From the NCBI GenBank assembly GCA_963793425.1, contig CAWCAG010000007.1:736001-800000 (forward strand): a stretch of DNA of 64,000 nt, in the 5' to 3' direction. Source of the DNA: an uncultured cyanobacterium. Lineage in GTDB: Bacteria; Cyanobacteriota; Cyanobacteriia; Cyanobacteriales; CAWCAG01. Below, piece by piece: positions 1 through 11,663 of the stretch. Made by a program: the position numbers and the translations under genes. The notes under the pieces were generated by a model. The model was not told the origin of the DNA. It ran no database searches and saw only the letters and a program-made list of their open reading frames with translations. Within the stretch, counting starts at the first letter, position 1; every line of letters begins with the position of its first letter.

Positions 1-31
1 GACCAGCACCCACAATAAGGCAATCAAGCAT
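1..31 (-). CDS. 5' end of FAD-dependent oxidoreductase (geranylgeranyl reductase-like), runs off the window
   Basis: Minus strand ATG at 31 reads MLDCLIVGAG, the start of a GxGxxG Rossmann motif; lies downstream of frr. Confidence 0.6.
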   Translation of the reverse strand, partial: MLDCLIVGAG

Positions 32-164
32 TTTATTTATTTTCGTTGTTGTTTTTTCCTTTGCAGGATTAAAGAAGGAATTGACCTTATAGGTTAGATA
101 AATGAGCGGGGATTAAGTTTTGTTTTCCTTGCTCCCCGCTCCCTACTCCCTAGTCCCTTCTTCT

Positions 165-713
165 TTAAACAGAAGTAATGTCTTTTTCTTTTTCGGCTAG
201 TGAGGCATCAATCTTACTAGTATATTTGTCAGTAACTTTCTGAACGTTATCTTGATAATCTCTAGACTCGTCTTCAGAAATTTCGCTATCTTTTTCCTGC
301 TTGCGAACAAAATCAATAGCATCCCGACGAATATTCCGCAAAGACACTTTCCCCTCCTCAGCTAATTTACTGGTTAACTTCACCAATTCTTTGCGCCGTT
401 CGCTGGTTAACGGGGGAATATTTAAGCGAATCAGGTCGCCGTCATTGTTGGGGGTTAAACCCAAATCTGACATAGAAATGGCTTTTTCAATTTGAGCTAA
501 ACTACCTTTGTCATAGGCTTGAATAGAGATAGTACTGGCATCAGGAGTGCTGATATTAGCCAGGGATTTTAATGGTGTCTCCGCACCATAGTACTCAACC
601 ATGATCCGGTCGAGTAAGCTGGTACTAGCACGGCCAGTACGGATAGTATTAAAAGACCTTTGAGTAGATTCAATGGTCTTTTGCATTTGTTGTTCAACTT
701 CACTTAACTTCAC
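165..713 (-). CDS. frr: ribosome recycling factor
   Basis: [37 protein letters not shown] motifs; likely GTG start at 713, overlapping the pyrH end. Confidence 0.97.
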   Translation of the reverse strand: MKLSEVEQQMQKTIESTQRSFNTIRTGRASTSLLDRIMVEYYGAETPLKSLANISTPDASTISIQAYDKGSLAQIEKAISMSDLGLTPNNDGDLIRLNIPPLTSERRKELVKLTSKLAEEGKVSLRNIRRDAIDFVRKQEKDSEISEDESRDYQDNVQKVTDKYTSKIDASLAEKEKDITSV

Positions 714-1422
714 AGAAACCTCCCACAATTGTTCCTATGGTTTCTCCTTGTACAGAACGGATAATATTACCCTGAACTGACAAGTCAAATATTACAATAG
801 GAATGTCGTTCTCTTTGCATAGGGCGATCGCTGTGCCATCCATTACCCGTAGGTCTTTAGCTAAAACATGACCGTAGGTAAGGCTAGAATAGCGTTTAGC
901 TTTGGGGTTTACTACAGGATCTGAATCGTAAACCCCATCTACTTTTGTACCTTTAAATATAACCTCTGCATCAATTTCTGCAGCTCTTAGAGCGGCTGTA
1001 GTATCAGTGGTGAAGAAAGGGTTCCCTGAACCTGCACCAAAAATCACTACTCGCCCTCTTTCCAAATGGCGAATTGCTCGCCGTCGGATATAGGGTTCAG
1101 CTATTTCTTGCATGGCGATGGCGGTTTGTACCCTTGTGGGTATGCCAATTTGCTCTAGGGCATCTTGCAAGGTCATGGCATTCATTACCGTAGCAATCAT
1201 ACCAACATAATCAGCCGTTGCTCGATCCATGCCAGCAGCAGAAGCTTTCACGCCACGAAAAATGTTGCCACCGCCAACGACGATTGCCATTTGAACGCCG
1301 CTTTTAACGACTTCTGAAATTTCTTGAGCGATGTCGGCTACAACTTTGGGATCAATGCCATAACCCAAGTCACCCATCAAGGCTTCGCCGCTTAGTTTTA
1401 ATAATACCCGGTGGTAAGTCAT
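700..1422 (-). CDS. pyrH: UMP kinase
   Basis: [28 protein letters not shown] motifs; pyrH-frr synteny. Confidence 0.98.
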   Translation of the reverse strand: MTYHRVLLKLSGEALMGDLGYGIDPKVVADIAQEISEVVKSGVQMAIVVGGGNIFRGVKASAAGMDRATADYVGMIATVMNAMTLQDALEQIGIPTRVQTAIAMQEIAEPYIRRRAIRHLERGRVVIFGAGSGNPFFTTDTTAALRAAEIDAEVIFKGTKVDGVYDSDPVVNPKAKRYSSLTYGHVLAKDLRVMDGTAIALCKENDIPIVIFDLSVQGNIIRSVQGETIGTIVGGFCEVK

Positions 1423-1521
1423 CTAGGAAAAATGCGACTAATAATTGTTGTTTTTAGTTAGCCTCCACATTAAGATACCAGTTTTTCGCCATTCAATCTT
1501 TTTAAAGTGATTGTGATGACT

Positions 1522-2070
1522 TTAGCGCCACTTAAGAGGGCTACCGATAGCTTTTGTGGAGGTTGTTACCAGGTTTTCCCCACTTAATAAAGTGGTGATC
1601 GCTTGATATAAATATGACTTCTGCACCCTGTCTGGGGATTCCGGATTGTTCTTGATTCCCCCTGTGTATCTTAGTATGCCCTGTTTGTCAATCAGAAATG
1701 CTTCTGGTGTAGTTTGGGCTTGGAAACCACGAGCAACATCTTGGTTAGGATCTCGTAGATAAGGAAAGTTTAATTGATTTTGGTTGGCAAAATTTTTCAT
1801 TTCCTCAAAACTATCTTCAGGAACTTGTTGGCTATCGTTAGGGTTGATGCCAATGAGGGTAAAGTTTCGGGGTTGAAATTGGGCTTGAATTTCTTTTAAG
1901 TCAGGGAGGGCAAGGTCAACATATTGACATTGATTACTGAGAAAAATTACTCCTACCAAAGCAAATTGTTCTAAGTAACGGGCTAGGTGGTGGACTTGGC
2001 TGTCAACTCCTGGAAGTTCAAAGTCCGGGGCATACTGACCAATAGGGCTGATTTGCGGCTCGACGATCAT
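1522..2070 (-). CDS. thioredoxin-like/AhpC-TSA family protein
   Basis: APDFELPGVD, FPYLRD, TPEAFLID..G.LRY.G motifs. Confidence 0.85.
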   Translation of the reverse strand: MIVEPQISPIGQYAPDFELPGVDSQVHHLARYLEQFALVGVIFLSNQCQYVDLALPDLKEIQAQFQPRNFTLIGINPNDSQQVPEDSFEEMKNFANQNQLNFPYLRDPNQDVARGFQAQTTPEAFLIDKQGILRYTGGIKNNPESPDRVQKSYLYQAITTLLSGENLVTTSTKAIGSPLKWR

Positions 2071-2124
2071 AGGTTTTTCCTTTTATCCGTCATTCGTTAT
2101 TTATTGATTTAGAAGCTAAATTTA

Positions 2125-3033
2125 TTAGTTGTTTTGATAGAAAGCGTGATAACCAATTAGTTTATAAACTAGTTTAGCGGCACTAAATTGGGAAACAACG
2201 GAGTCACTAAGCGGGGCTAACTCCATTACGTCGCAACCAATGACTTCATGAGTTGCAAATATTTGCCTTAAAAGACTAGTTAAAGAGTACCAGTTTAGCC
2301 CCCCAGGTTCTGGGGTTCCCACCCCTGGTATTAAGCTGGGGTCTAAACCATCTAAATCAATAGTAATAAATACTTTGGGGGTAGAAATTTTGGCGATCGC
2401 CTCTTCTAACCAATTTTCTTGGGTCGCTATTTCCCTAGCCCAAACTACAGGAATTTGTTGTTCTTTAATTAATTGGGCTTCTTCGGCACAAATGCTACGA
2501 ATGCCAACACCAAGAGTCGGTAAACCCATGTCTTTTATACGTCGCATTACACAGGCATGGTTATAAATAGAACCTTCATATTCGTAGCGTAAATCTCCGT
2601 GGGCATCAATTTGGACTACGGTAAATGGTTCTGGAAGTATTTCTTGGTAGCCTTGGACAATGCCCGCCGTTATGCTATGTTCTCCTCCTAAAGCAATAAC
2701 GAACTTACCATCAGTCATAAAGGATGAAATAATCTCTTTGGTTACTCGTAACATCTCTTCTGGAGTAATTAAAGGACTACCACGACTATCAGCTATAGGG
2801 GGGTGGGTATAGATGCCCACATCCCAGCAAATCTCCCAGTCTAGTTCAATGTCATAATATTCCAGTTGGTCTGAGGCTTCGAGAATGGAGGCGGGGCCAT
2901 GTTTACAGCCTTTTCGATAGGTAGTAGTTGCTTCATAGGGGATAGGCAAAATAACTGCCTGGGCTTGGTTGTAGGGTTTATTTACCTCCGAACCAATAAA
3001 AGGAAGCACCGCTGAAGAAGATTGCAAAAGCAT
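2125..3033 (-). CDS. speB: agmatinase
   Basis: GGEHSIT, DAHGDLR, DLDGLDPS, GTPEPGG ureohydrolase motifs. Confidence 0.92.
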   Translation of the reverse strand: MLLQSSSAVLPFIGSEVNKPYNQAQAVILPIPYEATTTYRKGCKHGPASILEASDQLEYYDIELDWEICWDVGIYTHPPIADSRGSPLITPEEMLRVTKEIISSFMTDGKFVIALGGEHSITAGIVQGYQEILPEPFTVVQIDAHGDLRYEYEGSIYNHACVMRRIKDMGLPTLGVGIRSICAEEAQLIKEQQIPVVWAREIATQENWLEEAIAKISTPKVFITIDLDGLDPSLIPGVGTPEPGGLNWYSLTSLLRQIFATHEVIGCDVMELAPLSDSVVSQFSAAKLVYKLIGYHAFYQNN

Positions 3034-3168
3034 TACTAAGAAAGGTTCGCGCTAGATTAAATCAATCTTAGAGGATGTTTACGAAAATGCGGTTAAATCT
3101 TGGTAATGAGAGTTTGTTCAGTATGTTTAATATATATAAAGTAATGTAACATTAATCTCCAGCCCAAA

Positions 3169-4068
3169 ATGAATTTAACCATAAGTGACCTAAGTAAGGA
3201 AAAAAGTTGGACTTGGTGTAATTATTCCATCACTTACCAAAGTAGCGGCACAAAAGGCCCAGCAGTGGTTTTGCTCCATGGTTTCGGGGCTTCTTGGGGA
3301 CATTGGCGGAAAAACTTACCTGTGTTAGGACAAACTTGTCGCTGTTATGCCTTGGATTTAATTGGTTTCGGTGGTTCAGCAAAACCAACCCCAGGAACTG
3401 ATATCAACTATGATTTTGCTACTTGGGGAGAACAGGTTGCGGATTTTTGCCAAGAAGTAGTGGGGGAACCCGCTTTTTTAGTTGGTAATTCCGTTGGTTG
3501 TATTGTGGCGATGCAAGCAGCAGTAGACAATCCTAATTTAATTTTAGGGGTAGCTTTAATTAATTGTTCTTTGCGTCTCCTTCATGATAGTAAACGAAAA
3601 GAAATAGCTTGGTATCGTCGTTTGGGCGCTCCTTTATTACAAAAAATATTAAAGCAAAAGTTGGTTGGTGATTTCTTTTTCCAACAATTAGCAAAGCCGA
3701 AGGTTGTACGGAAAATCCTTTTAAAAGCTTATAAGCGTCCGGAGGCTGTGAGCGATGAATTAATTGATCTGCTGATGAAACCTGCGGCTGATCCGGGGGC
3801 TGCGGACGTTTTTATCGCCTTTACTAGTTATTCCCAAGGTCCCTTACCAGAAGAACTTTTACCTCAGCTTAAATGTCCTGCTATTATTCTCTGGGGGGAA
3901 GAAGATCCTTGGGAACCTATGGAGTTGGGTAGAGATTTTGCTAAGTTTCCTGCGGTAGAAAAGTTTATTCCTTTGCCAGGGTTGGGGCATTGTCCTCAAG
4001 ATGAAGCACCGGAAATAGTTAATCCGATTTTACAAGAGTGGCTGTTGGAGAAAAGTTCCTACAGTTAA
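3169..4068 (+). CDS. alpha/beta fold hydrolase
   Basis: LLHGFGAS, GNSVG nucleophile elbow, GHCPQDE. Confidence 0.9.
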   Translation: MNLTISDLSKEKSWTWCNYSITYQSSGTKGPAVVLLHGFGASWGHWRKNLPVLGQTCRCYALDLIGFGGSAKPTPGTDINYDFATWGEQVADFCQEVVGEPAFLVGNSVGCIVAMQAAVDNPNLILGVALINCSLRLLHDSKRKEIAWYRRLGAPLLQKILKQKLVGDFFFQQLAKPKVVRKILLKAYKRPEAVSDELIDLLMKPAADPGAADVFIAFTSYSQGPLPEELLPQLKCPAIILWGEEDPWEPMELGRDFAKFPAVEKFIPLPGLGHCPQDEAPEIVNPILQEWLLEKSSYS

Positions 4069-4145
4069 GGTTTCCGCTTTCTACCAAACCAACTCCACCA
4101 ACCCCCTATAAAATTAAGAAACAAACCCAAAGAGGAGATATTTCT

Positions 4146-4937
4146 ATGGTTTCCCCTTTTCCAGGGATGAACCCTTACCTAGAACATCCAGAAGTTTGGC
4201 CAGGAGTACATCTATTACTTATTGGCGAGATGACTAAGTTTCTATCTCCCCAACTTCGTCCTAAATACCGAGTTGCGGTTGAGGTGCGTATGTATGAAAC
4301 CATTGGAGAAAAATCTTTACTCGTTGGCATTCCTGATTTAGTTGTTAAAAGTTCACAGGGAACAACTAAAAAACCAGCAGCTAATGTTGCGGTAGCCCAA
4401 GCCCCCACTAAACCCCAAACAGTGGAAGTTCCTGTACCGGAAACAATTAAGCAAGGTTATTTGGAAGTACGGGAGGTAGCTACTAATGAAGTAGTAACAG
4501 CCATTGAAATACTTTCTCCGGTTAATAAACGTTCTGGAGAAGGGCGTAAACAATATGAAAGTAAACGCCGTAAAGTTTTGGGTAGTTCAACTAATTTAAT
4601 AGAAATTGATTTGCTGCGTAAGGAAAAACCAATGGTAGTTTATCGCAGCAATATTCAAACCCATTATCGAATTTTAGTCAGTAGAGGGGAGCAACGTCCT
4701 TTAGCTGATTTGTATGGATTCAATTTACCAGAGGTTATTCCTCCATTTCCCCTGCCTCTGAAACCGGGAGATACTGAGCTATTGATAGATTTACAGTTGT
4801 TGTTGAATAATGTCTATGACCAAGCTAGTTATGATTTATTGATAGATTACAATCAAGAGCCAGTACCACCATTGTCGGAAGAAGAGCAAGTTTGGCTTGA
4901 TATGTGGTTAAAGGAGCAAAAACTGCGATCGCTTTAG
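4146..4937 (+). CDS. DUF4058 family protein
   Basis: SPFPGMNPYLE N-terminus, IEILSPVNK, LIEIDLLR; ATG at 4146 preferred to the upstream overlapping start. Confidence 0.88.
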   Translation: MVSPFPGMNPYLEHPEVWPGVHLLLIGEMTKFLSPQLRPKYRVAVEVRMYETIGEKSLLVGIPDLVVKSSQGTTKKPAANVAVAQAPTKPQTVEVPVPETIKQGYLEVREVATNEVVTAIEILSPVNKRSGEGRKQYESKRRKVLGSSTNLIEIDLLRKEKPMVVYRSNIQTHYRILVSRGEQRPLADLYGFNLPEVIPPFPLPLKPGDTELLIDLQLLLNNVYDQASYDLLIDYNQEPVPPLSEEEQVWLDMWLKEQKLRSL

Positions 4938-4962
4938 TACTAAGTATCTGGACAGAATTAAT

Positions 4963-5092
4963 TTAAGTACTTAGACAAAATTAATTGCACATTTTGTTGG
5001 TGTCGGGAACAGGGTTCGCGTGGCGTTGCCGTAGGCTACAGATGTGTATAACCTAATAGTAAATATACAAACGATTTTGTGCGACTACTTAA
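4963..5092. repeat. MITE-like intergenic repeat with imperfect terminal inverted repeats
   Basis: TTAAGTACTTAGACAAAA...TTTTGTGCGACTACTTAA (14/18 inverted match); extra left-end-like copy at 4941-4962. Confidence 0.55.
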
Positions 5093-5120
5093 CATTCAAT
5101 TAGCCATTAGCAAATAGCAA

Positions 5121-5624
5121 CTAGCAATAAAGAACAGACCATTGCTCAGGATCAAGCTCTGATTTCTTAACTGTTTTCACACCACTATAGGTTTCAATCC
5201 ATAAACTCGCCCCACAATCTCTGGCATTATAGGGTTGATAAATAATGCGGCAATAGCCGAATATCTCTAACTCATGGCAACGAATCACCCGACGATGCCC
5301 ACTTTTATCAACACTGACTACTGTCTTTAAAGGAATCTCCGCACCACCGCTTTTCTTAATCTCTTTCACCTTTTTCTCGTTGGTTTTGATGCAGTTCTTA
5401 TCCACATAAATAATCTTTCTCCCTCCAGCACCGAGCTTACTCCAACGTGGTTGGGGGCCGCGATGACGACGAAAAACCTTGGGTTTACCACGATATAAAG
5501 GAATAACCCAACTTCTATCTTTTTTATAAGCACCTTTGATCCGTTTTTGATGAAGGAGATAAAGAACTCTTCTCTGTCCTACTCCCAACATTTGTGCCGC
5601 AACAGCAGTATCGATATATTCCAT
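5121..5624 (-). CDS. excisionase-like helix-turn-helix DNA-binding protein with C-terminal domain of unknown function
   Basis: TAVAAQMLGVGQRRVLYLL..KRIKGAYK...WVIP HTH; C-terminal CGASLWIET motif. Confidence 0.7.
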   Translation of the reverse strand: MEYIDTAVAAQMLGVGQRRVLYLLHQKRIKGAYKKDRSWVIPLYRGKPKVFRRHRGPQPRWSKLGAGGRKIIYVDKNCIKTNEKKVKEIKKSGGAEIPLKTVVSVDKSGHRRVIRCHELEIFGYCRIIYQPYNARDCGASLWIETYSGVKTVKKSELDPEQWSVLYC

Positions 5625-5842
5625 GGTAAATCAGGCTAATTAACTTATCCGAACAGTAGTTTATAACCAAAAGGGGCTTTGAAGCAATACTTTTTTGCTG
5701 AAAGAGAAATATTTCTTTAAAGCTGACGACTAGGCAATTTGCCCTTTTGCTTGAGTTGTTGCACGAGGCTGATACGAAGATTAACTGGCATTAATTTTGA
5801 TATCATTTGATCATTAATTTTTTGATGGAGCGGAGAGCAACT

Positions 5843-6325
5843 TTGTTAGACGAACAAGCTAAAAAAACTATCTTACGGAAAATTCCCCACGGTTTATATA
5901 TTTGTGGTGTTAAAGATGGTGAAGAACTTAATGGTTTTACTGCTAGTTGGGTAATGCAGTCTTCTTTTAAGCCGCCTTTGGTGGTTAACTGTGTTAACCA
6001 AAGTTCAGGTTCCCACGAGATGATTAAAAAGAGTGGTGTTTTTGCCCTTAGTTTTTTAGATAGTAACCAAAAAGATGTCGCAGCTAAGTTTTTTAAACCC
6101 CAAAGTCGCGTGGGAGATAAGTTAGCGGATGTGGAGTTTTATTTAGGAGAAGAAACTGGTTGTCCGATTATTTCCGATTCCCTGGGTTATATAGAATGCA
6201 AGGTTGTTGGTACAGTGGAAGAAGGAGATCATACCGTTTATGTTGGTGAGGTTATTGCGGCTGGGGTTCATCGCGAAGGGGAACCTCTTCTGTTAGAAAA
6301 GACAGGCTGGCAGTACGGGGGCTAA
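5843..6325 (+). CDS. flavin reductase family protein
   Basis: NGFTASWV.Q.SF.PPLV, GDHTVYVGEV; probable TTG start at 5843. Confidence 0.9.
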   Translation: MLDEQAKKTILRKIPHGLYICGVKDGEELNGFTASWVMQSSFKPPLVVNCVNQSSGSHEMIKKSGVFALSFLDSNQKDVAAKFFKPQSRVGDKLADVEFYLGEETGCPIISDSLGYIECKVVGTVEEGDHTVYVGEVIAAGVHREGEPLLLEKTGWQYGG

Positions 6326-6538
6326 ATGATGCAGCGATAATATGTTTCTGAGAATCTGACCCTAACTCAGTCAAGCTATATAATCTTTGGCTATCATTTT
6401 AAGCATCTGGTAGTAGTGCGAAGGTAATGATATTGCTACGATATGATAGGTTATTTGCTTAGGTTTATCGTCACCTCTTTAGGGCTACCAAACATTTGTT
6501 GAAATAGCTGTCTTTCTTACTGAATAGTCAAAGTTACT

Positions 6539-8173
6539 ATGTGTGATCGCGATTTAGGTGATTTGGGAGAATCAAACTTTAGGGGTTGGTGTAATGCTGC
6601 TGGCTTAACAGTAAACCCCTCTGAAAAAGATAGGACAGGATGGGACTTCATTATAGAATTCCCGTGGAAGAAGGAAAATTATCTTCCGAAAGATATGCTC
6701 CCAGCACCTATAGAGTGCAAGGTTCAAGTTAAATCAACTGATAAAAAAGACAAGAGAGAGTCTATAAAGATATCTAATTTAAGTAGGCTTGTGAAAGCAC
6801 CACTGCCTACATTTTACTGTTTTATCGAATTTGACGGCAAAGATGAAGCACAAGCAGTATATTTAGTTCATGTTGATAGAAAAATTATTGGAAAAACTCT
6901 CAGAAGGATTAGACAATTAGAGGCGAAAGGCGAAGGAGATAACCTAAATAAGCATACAATAGATGTTTGTTATACAAGTGAAGAGCGCTTGCCAAATATA
7001 ACAGGGAAAAGCTTAAAAAATACGATTGAAAAATACATTTCTAATGGCTTAGAAAAATATATTGCAGATAAGAACCAGCTACTAGATACGTTAGGTTTTG
7101 AAGAAGGTAAAGGAACGTTGATTCTGACCTTTCCTCGTAGTTGTTCTGGGAAGGATATAGTTGATTTATCATTAGGTCTTCATCAAGAAATTTGTATAGA
7201 TAAAAGTGTTTATCATGACAAGAGATTTGATGTTCTATCTTACAATCCGTCTTTAAGCGGAGAAGCAGCCTTAATAGACATTAAAGCAAAACCTAAGCCA
7301 GTAATTTTAAAGTTCAAGGAGCATAATTTCTCATCAGCAATATTGCTGAATGCAGAACTATATGTATCTTTCTTGAATGAATTATTAGCTGAGCAATATT
7401 TTAAATTTAGAGTCACCTCTGAATTGATTGATTTTGTTGTAGAACCATTCCAAAGAAAAGGAAAATTTTCACTTAGCTTGCGAGATGAGCAAAAGATTTC
7501 TTTAGATACTCTCAAAAATCACTTGAAGATTTTGAAGTTGCTGAAAAAAGCATCTCATCCTGTCATTTTAGAAATAAGCGATGAGGCTAAGAAACCTCTT
7601 TCGCTTGCTTTCGACATCAGAGTTAATGATGAAATAAATGACTTTTCTGATGTTTACAAGATAATAGAAATGGTTCTGTCGATATGTCAAAGATTTTCTA
7701 TCGTAGAAAATGATATTTTAGTAACTATAAACGAATTAAGAAAAGAGTCGCGAGCTATTGAAAGTCTTTATAATGTCCTACATATAGATATAAAACCTAG
7801 TCATATTGACTTGTGCAAGAGTTTAAATGCAGATCATGGAACTGTTTCTCTTAGTTTACCTACTGACTTTTTAAAAGACCAAAAGGATAAGAGATATGCC
7901 TGTAGTCTATTTATAAGGGCTGTTATTGGAAACCACGAGATTTGCTGTTTTTGGGCAATAGTTGGGTCTTTGTCTGTAGTCAGCGAAGATAAGTATAGAC
8001 TAAATCCAAACGAAACATTTGTTGGCAACGAACTAATTTCTGTTAACAATCAGATTATAGAACAAGATGTAGTAGATGAAAGATTTAATGAATTTGAACA
8101 AGAACTACAAAAGATGGGAATATTGGTGATTTCTCCACTTCTATCCCTCTGCGGAGACTTTTGCCATGCCTGA
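6539..8173 (+). CDS. DUF4365-like (restriction-endonuclease-fold) domain protein
   Basis: N-terminal G..GE / D.TGWDF / VQVKST motifs; long unassigned C-terminus; AT-rich. Confidence 0.65.
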   Translation: MCDRDLGDLGESNFRGWCNAAGLTVNPSEKDRTGWDFIIEFPWKKENYLPKDMLPAPIECKVQVKSTDKKDKRESIKISNLSRLVKAPLPTFYCFIEFDGKDEAQAVYLVHVDRKIIGKTLRRIRQLEAKGEGDNLNKHTIDVCYTSEERLPNITGKSLKNTIEKYISNGLEKYIADKNQLLDTLGFEEGKGTLILTFPRSCSGKDIVDLSLGLHQEICIDKSVYHDKRFDVLSYNPSLSGEAALIDIKAKPKPVILKFKEHNFSSAILLNAELYVSFLNELLAEQYFKFRVTSELIDFVVEPFQRKGKFSLSLRDEQKISLDTLKNHLKILKLLKKASHPVILEISDEAKKPLSLAFDIRVNDEINDFSDVYKIIEMVLSICQRFSIVENDILVTINELRKESRAIESLYNVLHIDIKPSHIDLCKSLNADHGTVSLSLPTDFLKDQKDKRYACSLFIRAVIGNHEICCFWAIVGSLSVVSEDKYRLNPNETFVGNELISVNNQIIEQDVVDERFNEFEQELQKMGILVISPLLSLCGDFCHA

Positions 8174-8262
8174 GTTCTAGAGTTTTTGCATATGAAGAAT
8201 CGCTTCATTTTTTTCCGATCAACAGATTATGATAAATACGTTTCTGTACTACGGCAAACTGA

Positions 8263-10590
8263 CTATAATTCAGTGACTATCGGCAACCAAACACTGAAAG
8301 TTGTACATCCTGGTTCACTTTCTACTTCAATTTTGCCTTGATGCTTATCAATAATCTTACTGACAATATCTAACCCTAAACCGCTTCCTTCTCCTGCACC
8401 TTTGGTTGTAAAAAAAGGTTGGAAGATTTTATCTTTATTTTCTGGAGCAATGCCACAACCGGAATCAGTTATGCTAACCACCACATAACTATCTTCAGCA
8501 GCTACGGTTATGTCCAACTTACCCTTATTGTCCATTGCTTGGGCTGCATTGTGAATTAGGTTTGTCCAAACTTGATTAAGTTGTTCAGGATAGCAAGGAA
8601 TTTCCGGTACTTCTTGGTAAATTTTACTAACTTCAATGCCTTGTCTAAGTTGGTTACGATAAATGGTTAAAACAAGTTCAATTCCTTCTGTCACTTGCGC
8701 TTGAACTTTCTCGCTATATTGATCTTGGCGGGCATAACTTTTGAGGGCAAAGACAATTTTGGCTGCCCTATCTACTGCTAGCTGAATGTTTTCGGTGTTG
8801 TTTTGCTGCATAGTGAGGTTATAAGCGGTTTCCAAAATCAAGCCGCTATAATCAGATTGCAACAAAGGTAAAAAGGCTTCTACTTCTTTGGTGAAGCCTA
8901 TTCTAACTAAATTAGCTGCGATTTCGTCAGCATCATCAATACCCAAGGCTGTTAATTGCTTTTTCAAGGCACGTTTAATTTTTCTTTCTTCCCGGAAAGA
9001 AAGGGTGGTAGATTCTTCAGTGCTAACTGCAACTAAGTTAAAGAAATCATTTTGCTGTTGAAAAGAAAGTTGCTTAAATAATTTGGGCAGTTGTTCTAAG
9101 GAGTTAGTTAAAGCAGCAGAAATATTACTTACTGAGGCTTTTATTGCCCCTAAAGGAGTATTGACTTCGTGGGCAATACCCGCGACAAGTTGTCCAAGGG
9201 CAGCCATTTTTTCTGATTGAATTAATTCCTGTTGAGTAGATTTTAAATTTTCTAAGGCTTCGGAAAGTTCTTGGGTTCTTGCTGCTACTTTAGTTTCTAA
9301 AGTACGAGAATAATCAGCTAATTGTTCGTTAGCGACGGCTAGCTCTTCATTGGCTGTTTTTAACTGCTTTTGATTATGATAATTAGCAATGAGAATTGCG
9401 GTTACTGTTAGGGCTAGGAAAGGAGAAAAGATGGGAATTACCCAACCAGAAATAAAGGCGACATAGCTGATACCTACGAGGATAGTAGTACCTAAAATAA
9501 TGTAGCTAATCGTTCCTATTAAAAAGAAATTTTTCTTAAAAAACTTAATTTCTAATAATAACCAACTGCCCCCTGCCCCCAGAAAAGACCAAAGTGAAAT
9601 CCATAGCCAGTTTGAGGTTTTGTGCCAAGTCCGGAACATAGTACGCCCTTCTAGGGCAGCACTCATCATTTGACTGGCTAAGTTAGCATGAATTACTACT
9701 CCTGGCATCATATTAGTATTACCAAATAAGTTGCTATTATAAGGAGTTAAGAAAATATCTTTAACGCTAGATGTATTTGTTCCTAAACCAATAAAAACCA
9801 AGCGATTCCGGAATAAATCTGTTGGTATTTTATCCTCAAGAACATCCGTCATAGAAACATTTCTGAAGCGATTTATTTCTCCCCGGTAGTTTATTAAAAT
9901 TTGGTATCCTCCCGTATCTCCCCTAACATAACCTCCTTCTTGACCCGTTAAAGGAACAAATCTTGCTTTTCCTAATTGATAGATTTGTTTTTCTTCATTA
10001 ACAATTTGCTGCTCAAGCCCTTTGTCTTCTAAGTAAGTTAAAGCTAATTTAGCCCCTAATCCTTCAATGAATTCCCCTTCTTCTGTACCAGTGATAATTA
10101 AGCCGCGACGCACTTTACCATCACTATCAACTATTAAATCCGAAGCCCCTACTTGCCCTTTTGCTGCTAAAATTGGTGGCGGAGCAACTGTTTGTGGTGT
10201 AACTTTTTCTACACCAATTAAATTAGGGGTAGACTCAAATACTTCTACTAATTCTGAATGTCCTGGTTCAGTGACTAAATCTCGATAAATATCTAAACCG
10301 ATACCCGTTGGTTTTTGTGCTTTAATTTTATTGAGTAATTTGGCCATAACTCGATCTGACATAGGCCATTGACCAAGTTTTGTAATATCTTCTTCTTCAA
10401 TTGCCACAATAACAATACGCGAATCAATTGTTTCTTGAGGGCGGAGGAGAAAAAACTGATCCAAAGTTGCCCATTCTAGCAATTGGAACAAACCTACTAA
10501 GTTACCAACAATAATCACTCCCGCTACACTAGGAGCGATCGCTAATACGCCACGCCATTGAGTGATTTTTTGTTTAAATTTTTGCCACAT
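8263..10590 (-). CDS. CHASE2-domain sensor histidine kinase
   Basis: [20 protein letters not shown] (CHASE2); 3 TM helices; [10 protein letters not shown]-box; [13 protein letters not shown]. Confidence 0.95.
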   Translation of the reverse strand: MWQKFKQKITQWRGVLAIAPSVAGVIIVGNLVGLFQLLEWATLDQFFLLRPQETIDSRIVIVAIEEEDITKLGQWPMSDRVMAKLLNKIKAQKPTGIGLDIYRDLVTEPGHSELVEVFESTPNLIGVEKVTPQTVAPPPILAAKGQVGASDLIVDSDGKVRRGLIITGTEEGEFIEGLGAKLALTYLEDKGLEQQIVNEEKQIYQLGKARFVPLTGQEGGYVRGDTGGYQILINYRGEINRFRNVSMTDVLEDKIPTDLFRNRLVFIGLGTNTSSVKDIFLTPYNSNLFGNTNMMPGVVIHANLASQMMSAALEGRTMFRTWHKTSNWLWISLWSFLGAGGSWLLLEIKFFKKNFFLIGTISYIILGTTILVGISYVAFISGWVIPIFSPFLALTVTAILIANYHNQKQLKTANEELAVANEQLADYSRTLETKVAARTQELSEALENLKSTQQELIQSEKMAALGQLVAGIAHEVNTPLGAIKASVSNISAALTNSLEQLPKLFKQLSFQQQNDFFNLVAVSTEESTTLSFREERKIKRALKKQLTALGIDDADEIAANLVRIGFTKEVEAFLPLLQSDYSGLILETAYNLTMQQNNTENIQLAVDRAAKIVFALKSYARQDQYSEKVQAQVTEGIELVLTIYRNQLRQGIEVSKIYQEVPEIPCYPEQLNQVWTNLIHNAAQAMDNKGKLDITVAAEDSYVVVSITDSGCGIAPENKDKIFQPFFTTKGAGEGSGLGLDIVSKIIDKHQGKIEVESEPGCTTFSVWLPIVTEL

Positions 10591-10690
10591 TGAGCATTTA
10601 TTATCAATAGCGTTTGGTAAATTCTCTCATTGCTTCCAAAGGAGAAGTAAATAAAAGACAGCGTTTTAACAATTCTAGATATATATTAAT

Positions 10691-11581
10691 CTACATCCTT
10701 CTCACATTAAAACAACACCAATCTTTGCGTTTCCAAAGTGCAGCTACAATCCAACCATGCTGTTCTAAAGTATCAGCAATTGGCTTAACTTGATCTAACA
10801 AAATACCGCTTAAAATTCCCCAACTTGTAGGTTTTGCCATCTCTGTCATAGAGGGAATTAACTCAATAATTACTTCTGCCAAAATATTGCAGAGAATACC
10901 ATCAACTGCTGCTTTTTTTTCTTCTTTTAATAGTTCAACGCTACCCTTAGCAACTTTGAGACGTTGGGGTGTGATGTTGTTCAAATCTCGGTTGCTGCGA
11001 GTTGCCCGTACCGCGAGAGGATCGACATCTACCGCATAAACCTGTGCCGCACCCAATAAAAGAGAACCAATAGAAAGGATACCCGAACCGCAACCAATAT
11101 CGGCCAAAACTAATCCTTCCGTACCTTCTCCTAAACGCATTTCCAAGGACTCTAAACATAACTGAGTGGTAGGATGAATTCCTGTACCAAAGGCAGCACC
11201 AGGATCAAGCCGGACAATTAATCTTTCTGTATCCGTAGGGGGAGTTAACCAAGCTGGGTAGATGAGAATGCGATCACCAATTTTTTGGGGTTGCCAATGT
11301 TCTTTCCAACTACTAGCCCAGTCTTCTTCATCAATTAAATCCCATTTCGTAACAGGGGGTTGCAATCCCATTACTAAAGCATCCTGGCGCAACCACAAGG
11401 ATAAGGCAGCTAAGTCTAATAAACCAACACTAATTTGCGGAATGTAGCCCTGTACTAACAAAGCAGCACCCTGAACCTGAGTTACTGTTCCCCGACAGCC
11501 AAATTTGTCCAACCGCCAAAAGATTATATCTTCTAAGGAAGGATCGCCTAAAGTTGTGATTTCCCACCAACTATTGACCAT
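10691..11581 (-). CDS. prmA: ribosomal protein L11 methyltransferase
   Basis: [29 protein letters not shown]. Confidence 0.96.
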   Translation of the reverse strand: MVNSWWEITTLGDPSLEDIIFWRLDKFGCRGTVTQVQGAALLVQGYIPQISVGLLDLAALSLWLRQDALVMGLQPPVTKWDLIDEEDWASSWKEHWQPQKIGDRILIYPAWLTPPTDTERLIVRLDPGAAFGTGIHPTTQLCLESLEMRLGEGTEGLVLADIGCGSGILSIGSLLLGAAQVYAVDVDPLAVRATRSNRDLNNITPQRLKVAKGSVELLKEEKKAAVDGILCNILAEVIIELIPSMTEMAKPTSWGILSGILLDQVKPIADTLEQHGWIVAALWKRKDWCCFNVRRM

Positions 11582-11663
11582 GATTTTAGTTGCTAATTGC
11601 TAGTTGCTAGTTGCCAAAAAAGTCATCCCCCTAAATCCTACTCCTTGCTTCTGGAAATATAGA

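Noticed and set aside
4931..10534. HIP1-free gap as proof of horizontal transfer
   Set aside because: Similar-length gaps also cover apparently native genes (e.g. 49867-56594), so this is weak evidence alone.
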